A stretch of DNA of 64,000 nucleotides from Candidatus Omnitrophota bacterium (lineage in GTDB: Bacteria; Omnitrophota; Gorgyraeia; Gygaellales; Profunditerraquicolaceae), in NCBI GenBank assembly GCA_050012075.1, contig JBEKHW010000002.1, positions 126,889-190,888 on the forward strand. Direction: 5' to 3'. Positions 56,463 to 64,000 of this stretch are shown piece by piece (position 1 is the stretch's first letter; each line of letters starts with the position of its first letter). A program made the translations under genes and the position numbers. A model generated the notes under the pieces. The model made no database searches. It worked only from the letters and a program-made list of their open reading frames with translations, and was not told the DNA's origin.

Positions 56463-57944
56463 ATGTATTCCCTTATCCTTAAAGAGTTCTTGAAACTAAC
56501 CGCCAAGGGAAACGTTATCCCTCTGTATAAAGAGATAAACGCGGATGTGGATACGCCCGTATCATTATTTCTGAAGTTAAAGCAGAGTGGTTATGCATTT
56601 CTGCTTGAATCCGTGGAAGGCCAAGAGAAGGTTGCCCGGTATTCTTTTTTAGGCTCCCAGCCTTCGCTTATAGTCCAAAGTAAAGGCAGGAATATAGCAA
56701 TAACTTCTAAAGGCGCAAAGAAAAAACGTTTTATAACTTCCGCAACGCCTCTGGATGAAATTAAGAAAATCATGTCCAGTTTTAAAGCGGTGAAGGTAGT
56801 CGGCCTTCCGCGTTTCTACGGTGGATTAGTGGGTTATATAGGTTATGATATGGTTAGATTCTTTGAGGATATACCGGATAAGAACCCGGATGACCTCAAG
56901 GTCCCTGATTCCGTATTTATGCTTACGGATAATATCCTGATTTTTGACCACGTCAGGCATACGGTCAAGATTGTGATAAATCTTATACTCCCACACAGCA
57001 AAATTTCCCGTCAGCAAAAAACAAAGGTTTATTTTAATGCGATAAACAGGATTAAAGCAACAGAAAAGAATTTATTGCAGCAGTTGCATTATAATAAGAT
57101 AAGCACCGTTAAATTGTCAAAGAAAATAAAAACGGAATCTAACTTTACAAAGAGCGAATTCGAGATGAATGTTAAGAAGGCAAAGGAATATATAAAAAAG
57201 GGAGACATCATACAGGTTGTGCCCTCGCAACGTTTTAAGATCAATACAAAACGCCGGCCTTTTGAGATTTACCGTAATTTAAGGAACCTGAATCCGTCTC
57301 CATATATGTTTTTCCTGCATCTGAAAGATATTTTCCTGATAGGTTCTTCTCCGGAAATGCTGGTGCGCTGCGAAGACGGCCTTATACAGACCCGGCCTAT
57401 TGCCGGCACGAGGAGACGTGGCGTAAGCGCAGAAGAAGACAATAAACTCGCCGCTCAATTGATAAGGGATAAAAAAGAAAGAGCAGAGCATATTATGCTT
57501 GTGGATTTAGGAAGGAATGACCTGGGCAGGGTTTCTCGGACAGGCACGGTTAGAGTAAACGAATTTATGTCAGTAGAAAAATATTCGCATGTAATGCATC
57601 TTGTCAGTGAAGTAAGGGGTAAACTTGACCGCAACAAGGATATTTATGATGTTCTAAGGTCGGCTTTTCCTGCTGGAACGGTAAGCGGCAGCCCGAAGAT
57701 CCGCGCGATGGAGATTATCGACGAGCTGGAAAATACCAAGAGGGGCCCGTATGCCGGATGCGTGGGCTATTTCAGTTTTTCCCATAACATGGATACATGT
57801 ATTACGATAAGGACCGTCCTTATCAAAGGTAGTTCCGCATACATTCAGGCAGGAGGAGGGATAGTAGCAGATTCAGTCCCGGAAAAAGAGTATCAGGAAT
57901 CGGTAAATAAAGCAAAGGCATTAATTGAAGCTATAATTAAGTAG
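56463..57944 (+). CDS. anthranilate synthase component I family (chorismate-utilising enzyme, TrpE/PabB-like)
   Basis: 493 aa. TrpE-like N-terminus ([19 protein letters not shown]....RYSFLG) and a C-terminal chorismate-binding domain ([29 protein letters not shown]). Confidence 0.7.
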   Translation: MYSLILKEFLKLTAKGNVIPLYKEINADVDTPVSLFLKLKQSGYAFLLESVEGQEKVARYSFLGSQPSLIVQSKGRNIAITSKGAKKKRFITSATPLDEIKKIMSSFKAVKVVGLPRFYGGLVGYIGYDMVRFFEDIPDKNPDDLKVPDSVFMLTDNILIFDHVRHTVKIVINLILPHSKISRQQKTKVYFNAINRIKATEKNLLQQLHYNKISTVKLSKKIKTESNFTKSEFEMNVKKAKEYIKKGDIIQVVPSQRFKINTKRRPFEIYRNLRNLNPSPYMFFLHLKDIFLIGSSPEMLVRCEDGLIQTRPIAGTRRRGVSAEEDNKLAAQLIRDKKERAEHIMLVDLGRNDLGRVSRTGTVRVNEFMSVEKYSHVMHLVSEVRGKLDRNKDIYDVLRSAFPAGTVSGSPKIRAMEIIDELENTKRGPYAGCVGYFSFSHNMDTCITIRTVLIKGSSAYIQAGGGIVADSVPEKEYQESVNKAKALIEAIIK

Positions 57945-58008
57945 TTCATGGTTCATAGTGGATAGTTCATAGTAAAATATTTACCATGAACAATGAACTA
58001 TGAACTAT
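57945..58008. repeat. GTTCAT heptad-repeat hairpin element (copy C) in trpE-rpsP spacer
   Basis: GTTCATgGTTCATaGTggatAGTTCATaGTaaaatatttaccATGAACaATGAACtATGAACtat. Three direct heptads face three inverted heptads. The 23-nt core is identical to copy B. Confidence 0.55.
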
Positions 58009-58028
58009 AACGAAGGAGGGTTAAATTA

Positions 58029-58268
58029 ATGGCAGTGCATATTCGTTTAAGGAGAATCGGAAAAAGGCCAAAGGGCAGGCCTTATTTCAGGGTTACTGTT
58101 TTTGACGAACGCAAAGCCCGTGATAGCAGATTTCTTGAAGAGTTAGGTTTTTATAACCCGGTAACCGGAGAAGCGAAGCTAAAGAAGGAACGTATTGAGC
58201 ACTGGGTAAAGAACGGCGCGCAACTTTCCGCAACCGTGAAGAGTCTGATGAAGAGAAAACAAGCTTAA
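58029..58268 (+). CDS. rpsP: 30S ribosomal protein S16
   Basis: MAVHIRLRRIGKRPKGRPYFRVTVFDERKARDSRFLEELGFYNP. 79 aa. Confidence 0.9.
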   Translation: MAVHIRLRRIGKRPKGRPYFRVTVFDERKARDSRFLEELGFYNPVTGEAKLKKERIEHWVKNGAQLSATVKSLMKRKQA

Positions 58269-58272
58269 ATCT

Positions 58273-58359
58273 CCGCGCATAGCGCGGCGTTAAATAAGCG
58301 CTAGCACCGAGCATAGCTCGGTGTGATTTCGGCGTATACGCCAGTGGCACGCCGAAATC
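58273..58359. repeat. cluster of GC-stem tri-loop hairpins (GCATAGC-centred) downstream of rpsP
   Basis: ccgcgc-ata-gcgcgg (58273-58287). caccgagc-ata-gctcggtg (58305-58323). gatttcggcg...cgccgaaatc 10-bp IR enclosing palindrome ggcgtatacgcc (58325-58359). Confidence 0.5.
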
Positions 58360-58396
58360 AACATCCGATACATTATTTATCTAAGGAGGCAAGAAA

Positions 58397-58705
58397 ATGC
58401 CAAGTCAGCAGGCAGTAAATCCCATGTTACAGATGTTTCCGCTATTACTTATCTTTTTAGTTTTTTACTTTTTATTGATCAGGCCGCAGAGGCAGCGTGA
58501 AAAAGAGCAACAGAAGATGCTTAATTCCCTGAATAAAAATGATGAAATAGTCACGACCGGCGGGATACACGGCACAATCGTCAACGTAAAAGATAAGACA
58601 ATTATAATAAGAGTAGACGACAATGTTAAACTTGAATTAGAAAAAAGCTGTGTTTCTTGCGTCAAGAAACCGCAAGGCGCAGTTGAACCGAAACTCCACG
58701 CATAG
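58397..58705 (+). CDS. yajC: preprotein translocase subunit YajC
   Basis: N-terminal TM helix, then RPQRQREKEQQKML..L.KNDEIVTTGGIHGTIVNV.DKTIIIRV. 102 aa. Confidence 0.8.
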   Translation: MPSQQAVNPMLQMFPLLLIFLVFYFLLIRPQRQREKEQQKMLNSLNKNDEIVTTGGIHGTIVNVKDKTIIIRVDDNVKLELEKSCVSCVKKPQGAVEPKLHA

Positions 58706-58714
58706 CGCGTGGAG
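58694..58714. repeat. GC-stem tri-loop hairpin (same family) overlapping yajC stop codon
   Basis: ctccacgc-ata-gcgtggag. The yajC TAG stop codon lies in the loop. Confidence 0.5.
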
Positions 58715-58765
58715 TTAAATAAACAATATACGCCAGAGGCATTGTTTATTTAAAGGAGTAAGAAT

Positions 58766-60967
58766 ATGGAAAGAAAGATTGCTTATAAGTCAATTTTTAT
58801 TCTCGCTATTTTAGGTTTGTGCGTTTATTTTACCTTTCCTGTCCAGAAAAGGATAAATCTGGGGTTGGATTTGCAGGGAGGAATGAATTTACTGCTTAAG
58901 GTGGACACCAGCAAAGCCTCTTTAGAGGACAGAGAGGCAGTGCGCGATTTGACGATTGAGAAACTAAGGAGCAGGATAGATGATCTGGGAGTAAGTGAGC
59001 CCGATATACGGGCTCACGGCACCGACGAGATTGTAGTGCAACTGCCCGGCGTAACCGACAGGGAGCGAGCTTTAAATAAAATCGGCCAGACTGGCCTCTT
59101 AGAGTTTAAGCTGGTTTTACAGGATCAGGATAAATTAAAAGAGGCATTGGCAGGGAATGTGCCTGAAGGTTATGAATTGAAATATAGCAAAGATAATAAT
59201 GAGGCGCTTCTGGTAGAAAAAGAAGCGGCTTTAAGCGGTAATGCCATAAAAGACGCAAGCGTGGCTTTCAGCCAGGACCAATTCGGCGAGATTATAGTTA
59301 AGCTACAGCTTACTGCCGAGGGAGGCAGTAAATTTGCGGAATTAACCGCCAAAAATGTAGGCAGGAGGCTTGCGATTATCTTAGACAGTAAGGTGCAGTC
59401 TGCCCCGGTTATCCGGGAAGCGATCCCTTCAGGAGAGGCAGTTATAAGCGGCCGCTACACCACCGATGAAGCCGGTGACTTAGCGAAGATTTTAAAACAC
59501 GGCGCGCTGCCGGCATCAATCCAATTTGAAGAAGAAAGGACCATAGGTCCCTTATTAGGTAAAGATTCTATTCAAAAAGGCCGCACCGCCTGTATTGTAG
59601 GAAGCATACTTGTTTTTCTCTTTATGCTCGTATATTACCGGTTAGCGGGTTTTATTTCAGATATTGCGTTGGGCTGTAACCTTTTAATGATCCTGGGCTG
59701 CCTTGGAATGCTGCCTTATATCTTTGGGGCTTCTGTTGCAACACTCACCTTACCTGGTATAGCAGGTATCGTCTTGTCCTTAGGTATGGCAGTAGACGCC
59801 AATGTCCTCATCAATGAACGTATGCGCGAAGAGTTGAAAAGCGGAAAGAATTTAAGGCAGGCCGTTGCTAATGGCTATGACAAGGCCTTTAGCGCCATCT
59901 TTGACTCTAATCTGACTACCCTGTTTGCCGCGGTGATTTTGATTATTATCGGCACCGGCTCAATCAAGGGATTTGGCGTTACGTTAACCATCGGCCTTAT
60001 CGCCAGTATGTTTACCGCCATATTTGTAACGCGCACTATATTTGAAATCCTCCTTGATTTAGGATGGATAAAATCATTATCCATGATGAGCTTTATCCCG
60101 GAAACAAAGTTGGATTTTATCGGAAAAAGAAAGATCTTTTATGCAATTTCTCTGATAGTAATAGGCGCGGGGCTGTTTTTCTTCTTTAAGAATGGAAAAA
60201 ATGCCTATGGGATTGATTTTTCCGGAGGGCAGGTGCAGGAATATAGTTTTAAGAATATCCCGGATATCGACAAGGTACGTCAGGTTGTTAAAGAAGCAGG
60301 GATAATTGACGCGTCGATACAGCAATTCAAAGATAACCCGAAAGTCGTTTTAGTCAGGACAGTAAAAGAAGGAAGCGACATTTTGACCTCTAAACTGAAG
60401 GAGAAATTCCCTCAGGATGATATCCAGGTATTAAGGATAGAGCGCGTCGGCCCTATAGCAGGCCAATACCTTAAGGGTAAAGCCGTATGGGCCCTGATCT
60501 GGTCTCTTATCTGCATACTTATTTACGTAGCGATAAGATTTAAGCATTTTAACTTTGCGGCTGCCGGAGTAATAGCTTTAATCCATGACGTATTGGTGGC
60601 TCTGGGTTTTATGGCAATGACCGGAAGGCAGATTGACTTATTAAGCGTCACTGCCTTTTTAACTATCGCCGGTTATTCTATAAATGACACGATAGTGATT
60701 TACGACCGCGTGCGAGAAAATATGCGCCTTAACCGGAAATTAAGCCTTTATGAGCAGATAAACCTTAGTGTTAACCAGTGCCTATCCAGGACCATCCTTA
60801 CTTCGGGAGTTACCCTGTTAACGGTAATTGCAATCCTGGTGTTCGGAGGAGAGGTCTTAAGTAATTTCGCCTTTACACTCCTGGTCGGTTTCATTTCAGG
60901 CGTATATTCTACCGTCTATATTGCCTCACCACTCGTCCTTGCCTGGAGTAAAAAACGTAAGCCCTAA
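58766..60967 (+). CDS. secDF: protein translocase subunit SecDF (fused SecD-SecF)
   Basis: 733 aa. The N-terminal TM helix, periplasmic domain and six TM helices of the SecD part are followed by a second periplasmic domain and six TM helices of the SecF part. Confidence 0.85.
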   Translation: MERKIAYKSIFILAILGLCVYFTFPVQKRINLGLDLQGGMNLLLKVDTSKASLEDREAVRDLTIEKLRSRIDDLGVSEPDIRAHGTDEIVVQLPGVTDRERALNKIGQTGLLEFKLVLQDQDKLKEALAGNVPEGYELKYSKDNNEALLVEKEAALSGNAIKDASVAFSQDQFGEIIVKLQLTAEGGSKFAELTAKNVGRRLAIILDSKVQSAPVIREAIPSGEAVISGRYTTDEAGDLAKILKHGALPASIQFEEERTIGPLLGKDSIQKGRTACIVGSILVFLFMLVYYRLAGFISDIALGCNLLMILGCLGMLPYIFGASVATLTLPGIAGIVLSLGMAVDANVLINERMREELKSGKNLRQAVANGYDKAFSAIFDSNLTTLFAAVILIIIGTGSIKGFGVTLTIGLIASMFTAIFVTRTIFEILLDLGWIKSLSMMSFIPETKLDFIGKRKIFYAISLIVIGAGLFFFFKNGKNAYGIDFSGGQVQEYSFKNIPDIDKVRQVVKEAGIIDASIQQFKDNPKVVLVRTVKEGSDILTSKLKEKFPQDDIQVLRIERVGPIAGQYLKGKAVWALIWSLICILIYVAIRFKHFNFAAAGVIALIHDVLVALGFMAMTGRQIDLLSVTAFLTIAGYSINDTIVIYDRVRENMRLNRKLSLYEQINLSVNQCLSRTILTSGVTLLTVIAILVFGGEVLSNFAFTLLVGFISGVYSTVYIASPLVLAWSKKRKP

Positions 60968-60971
60968 GCGA

Positions 60972-62870
60972 ATGTTTGAGTCCTTCAAGGTTTACACGGG
61001 TCAGGAGCTTGATCTTGAGAAGCTTTTTGCCGCTTTGATTGATTTCGGATACAAAAGGCAGGAAAGCGTCTCAGAGGAAGGTGAATTTGCCCGCAGGGGA
61101 GGAATAATCGATATCTTCCCCGTTTCTTTCGAACTACCCATCCGCATAGAACTGGAGAATAACACCGTTATTTCAATCAAAACATTTAATTTCGTGTCAG
61201 GAGAACCATTATGGAAGCATAAAATGGTGATTCTACTGGCATTAAAAAGGCCTTCCGGATATCATACGGTTCCTTTTACCGAAGAAATCCCATTATCCAA
61301 TTTCGTGGATATCGATATCGGCGATTATGTAGTGCATAATCAGCACGGGATCGGCAGGTTCCTGGGCATTCAAAAAATAAAAGTGCAGGATAAGTTAAGG
61401 GACCATCTTGTAATAGAATATGACCGTGAGGAAAAGCTTTATGTCCCCATAGAATCAATGCACCTGGTCCAGAAATATATCGCCTTTCACGTAAGAAGGC
61501 CGAAACTCTACAGGCTCGGCACTAAAGAGTGGCAGCGCACAAAAGAGAGGGCGCGTAAAGGCATACAAAAACTTGCCTGGGAACTTTTATCCCTGCAGGC
61601 CATGCGCCTTGCTTCTTCGGGGCATAAATTCTCCGAAGATACTGCCTGGCAGAAGGAATTTGAAGCTACATTCCCGTATCAGGAAACCCCCGATCAGATA
61701 AAGGCAGTCCTGGAAGCAAAAAATGATATGGAATCGGGCAGGCCCATGGATAGGCTACTTTGCGGAGATGTGGGCTATGGAAAGACCGAAGTCGCCATGC
61801 GCACGGCCTTTAAGGCGGTTATGGATAATAAACAGGTTGCATATCTTGTGCCTACCACGATCCTGGCTGAACAGCACTACCAGAATTTTAATTTACGCCT
61901 GAAGGATTTTCCCGTTAATGTCCAGATGCTTTGCCGTTTTAAGACTGAGGCCGAACAGAAAAAGATTATTGATGATATAGGTAAAGGTAAGGTGGATATT
62001 GTTATCGGGACTCACAGGCTGCTTTCGGATGACGTGAGTTTTAAAGATTTAGGCCTGATTATCATAGATGAAGAGCAGCGATTCGGCGTAAACGCAAAAG
62101 AGAAGCTAAAAAAAGCCCGGCTCACCACAGATGTGCTCACCCTGACCGCAACTCCCATCCCCCGCACTCTATATATGGGGTTAATGGGCGCAAAGAACCT
62201 TTCCGTTATAAACACCCCGCCGCAAAACAGGTTGCCTGTAAAAACTATTGTGGTAGAATATGATGAAGGGCTCATACAGCAGGCAATTACTAGAGAGTTA
62301 GACCGGAAGGGCCAGGTATTCTTCGTGCATAACCGGATCCACGACATTGACAAAATTTCCGGCAGATTAAGAAGAGCCCTTCCTGAAGGCACAAGGATAG
62401 CAGTTGCCCATGGACAAATGCCGGCTAAGGCCCTGGAGGAAGTAATGAGCGCGTTCCTCGCGGCCCAGATCGACTGCCTCTTAAGCACGATGATTATAGA
62501 GTCGGGTATTGATATACCAAACGCCAATACCATAATTGTAAATAACGCGCATACCTTTGGGCTTTCCGATTTACACCAATTGCGCGGAAGGGTAGGCAGG
62601 TTCAATATTCCCGCGTTCGCCTATTTTATGATCCCCAGGGCAGAGATTCTGGATAGCGACGCAAAGAAGAGGTTAGAGGCGATTCAGCAATATTCGTATC
62701 TGGGAGCTGGTTTTAATATCGCGATGCAGGATTTGGAGATTAGAGGCGCCGGAAACCTGTTAGGCATCCAGCAGCACGGTTTTATTGCCGCGGTAGGGTT
62801 TGATTTGTATTGCCGCCTGCTAAAAGAAGCAGTCGATAACCTTAAAAGGATAATCCCCCATGAAAATTAA
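60972..62870 (+). CDS. mfd: transcription-repair coupling factor Mfd, compact form lacking N-terminal D1a/D1b/D3 and C-terminal D7 regions
   Basis: UvrB-homology segment GEFARRGGIIDIFP, RNAP-interacting-domain motif DYVVHNQHGIGRF, and SF2 translocase motifs GDVGYGKTEVAMRTAF, IIDEEQRFGV, QLRGRVGR. Only 632 aa. Start placed at ATG 60972. Confidence 0.75.
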   Translation: MFESFKVYTGQELDLEKLFAALIDFGYKRQESVSEEGEFARRGGIIDIFPVSFELPIRIELENNTVISIKTFNFVSGEPLWKHKMVILLALKRPSGYHTVPFTEEIPLSNFVDIDIGDYVVHNQHGIGRFLGIQKIKVQDKLRDHLVIEYDREEKLYVPIESMHLVQKYIAFHVRRPKLYRLGTKEWQRTKERARKGIQKLAWELLSLQAMRLASSGHKFSEDTAWQKEFEATFPYQETPDQIKAVLEAKNDMESGRPMDRLLCGDVGYGKTEVAMRTAFKAVMDNKQVAYLVPTTILAEQHYQNFNLRLKDFPVNVQMLCRFKTEAEQKKIIDDIGKGKVDIVIGTHRLLSDDVSFKDLGLIIIDEEQRFGVNAKEKLKKARLTTDVLTLTATPIPRTLYMGLMGAKNLSVINTPPQNRLPVKTIVVEYDEGLIQQAITRELDRKGQVFFVHNRIHDIDKISGRLRRALPEGTRIAVAHGQMPAKALEEVMSAFLAAQIDCLLSTMIIESGIDIPNANTIIVNNAHTFGLSDLHQLRGRVGRFNIPAFAYFMIPRAEILDSDAKKRLEAIQQYSYLGAGFNIAMQDLEIRGAGNLLGIQQHGFIAAVGFDLYCRLLKEAVDNLKRIIPHEN

Positions 62871-63813
62871 AAAAACCGCAATATTTATTCTCACGTTGAT
62901 TGTTTGCTCTTGCGTTATGCAGCCGCTTTTTGCAAAAGATAAAATCATAGCCGTAGTTAATAAGGAAATCATTACCGAAAAAGACCTTCAGGATTTCATA
63001 TCTTTTGCCCGTGGCCAATTTTCCCAGGAACTTAAGCCGCAGGAACTGGAAAGTAAAATCAATAGTCTGAAAACTGATATGCTTAAGAAATTAATCGAAG
63101 ACCGCCTGATTGTCCAGGAGGCAAAGAAGTTCCTTGAAGAAGCAAAAACGAAAAAGGACGCATACGCCGTAGTCAGGGTAGAGCCGGAGGAAGGCAGGGT
63201 GAAAAGCCGTATAGAGGATGTAAAGAAAAAATACGGTTCAGACACGGAATTCCAAAATGATTTGGCACTCCATGGCCTGGTTCAGGCAGACATGGAGAAA
63301 AGAATCTGGGAACAGATGCTTATGTTAAACTTCATAGATTATAAAATACGGATGCAGATTATCGTAAGGCCGGAAGAAGTAACTGCTTTATACAACAAGG
63401 ATCCCAAGAAGTTTAACACCCCTGCTACTCGCGAATTTGAAGTGATAACTTTAGAGAATAAGGACCAGGCCACATCTTTCGCTTACAACCTTAAAAAGGG
63501 AGAGAGCCTGGAGAAATTAGCTGCCAGGTATTCGGTTAAAGTCGATATCATGCGCTCCAATAACACCGGAGAGCTAAGGAAGGAAATCGAAGATGCGGTT
63601 TTTAATCTGGAGGCAGGAGGTGTTTCAAACCCCGTTACAATCAATGGGGTCTATTATGTTTTTCACCTGCTTGGTATTACTCCCCCAAGGCAACAATCCC
63701 TTCTAGAGGCCCAGCCAGCGATTTACGCGTACCTCTTTGACCAGAAAATGCGGGAAGAAATGCAGAAATGGTTAGATGAAACCAAGAAAAAATCATATAT
63801 CAAAATATACTAA
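62860..63813 (+). CDS. peptidyl-prolyl cis-trans isomerase, SurA/PrsA-like (parvulin domain)
   Basis: Signal peptide. SurA-N-like chaperone region. C-terminal parvulin PPIase region (GGVSNPVTINGVYYVFHL). Confidence 0.65.
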   Translation: MKIKKTAIFILTLIVCSCVMQPLFAKDKIIAVVNKEIITEKDLQDFISFARGQFSQELKPQELESKINSLKTDMLKKLIEDRLIVQEAKKFLEEAKTKKDAYAVVRVEPEEGRVKSRIEDVKKKYGSDTEFQNDLALHGLVQADMEKRIWEQMLMLNFIDYKIRMQIIVRPEEVTALYNKDPKKFNTPATREFEVITLENKDQATSFAYNLKKGESLEKLAARYSVKVDIMRSNNTGELRKEIEDAVFNLEAGGVSNPVTINGVYYVFHLLGITPPRQQSLLEAQPAIYAYLFDQKMREEMQKWLDETKKKSYIKIY

Positions 63814-63820
63814 AATTAGA

Positions 63821-64000
63821 TTAGGGATTACTATCGGGGATCCCGCCGGTATTGGTCCTATCATTACCAAAAAAGCGGTTGACCGTCTTAACGGCTTAGC
63901 TGATTTTCTGGTTATCGGGGACTCCTCGGTTCTAGGCGGTATGAAGAGTTGCCGGTTACTCGATTTAGGGAGGATAAAGAAAGGAAAGGTCAGGCGCGGT
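63821..64000 (+). CDS. pdxA: 4-hydroxythreonine-4-phosphate dehydrogenase PdxA (3' partial; start codon uncertain)
   Basis: LGITIGDPAGIGPIITKKAV matches the PdxA N-terminal ITxGDPAGIGP motif. No canonical ATG is in frame. The frame runs to the window end. The surA-pdxA linkage is conserved. Confidence 0.55.

Noticed and set aside
37007-58008. GTTCAT heptad arrays considered as a possible CRISPR array
   Set aside because: Units are 7 nt with no unique spacers of 25-40 nt. The copies are dispersed singly after stop codons. No cas genes are present. They are not CRISPR.

Overview
This 64 kb window is a single bacterial chromosomal segment with moderate-to-low GC (about 40% by eye). Nearly all genes are on the + strand, and many neighbours overlap by 1-4 nt, as in long operons. 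(1) Positions 1-31469 are a roughly 31 kb surface-glycan (O-antigen/LPS-type, Wzx/Wzy-dependent) biosynthesis island of about 29 genes. It encodes GDP-heptose enzymes (HddA/HddC-like), a GDP-L-fucose synthase-like reductase, a GDP-mannose 3,5-epimerase homolog, a GT11 fucosyltransferase, several GT2/GT4 transferases, a B12-binding radical-SAM enzyme, three or so methyltransferases, an FdtA-like ketoisomerase, WecB-like and RmlD-like enzymes, a Wzx flippase, a Wzy polymerase, a WbaP-like priming transferase, an O-antigen-ligase-like protein, a spermidine-synthase-like polytopic membrane protein and a short GT2 pseudogene fragment. (2) Positions 31.5-41 kb carry core metabolism: pgk-tpiA-secG, an MFS transporter, a marC-family gene, glgC, a GNAT acetyltransferase, and a butyryl-CoA dehydrogenase/EtfB/EtfA(ferredoxin-fused) operon that suggests an anaerobe. 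(3) Positions 41-47 kb carry a type IV pilin-like gene, a PilZ c-di-GMP receptor, a small excisionase-type HTH gene directly upstream of an SMC homolog with an unusually short hinge, and a convergent GAF-GGDEF diguanylate cyclase. (4) Positions 47-64 kb carry recA-recX-alaS, a his operon (hisD-B-H-A, an inserted lipoprotein gene, hisF-I) followed by a trpE-like gene, then rpsP, yajC-secDF, a minimal Mfd, surA-like and partial pdxA. No transposase, integrase, CRISPR array, tRNA or rRNA gene was recognised. The least conventional content is in the intergenic DNA. There are several families of short repeated stem-loop elements: GTTCAT heptad arrays, GTTC-periodic elements, GCATAGC-centred tri-loop hairpins, and three 25-nt GC hairpins upstream of recA. 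There are also two long 5'-UTR hairpins, one of which sequesters a Shine-Dalgarno sequence, and an 8-nt x4 tandem repeat inside hisH. All functional calls rest on motif and family recognition from the translated ORFs; no database search was possible.
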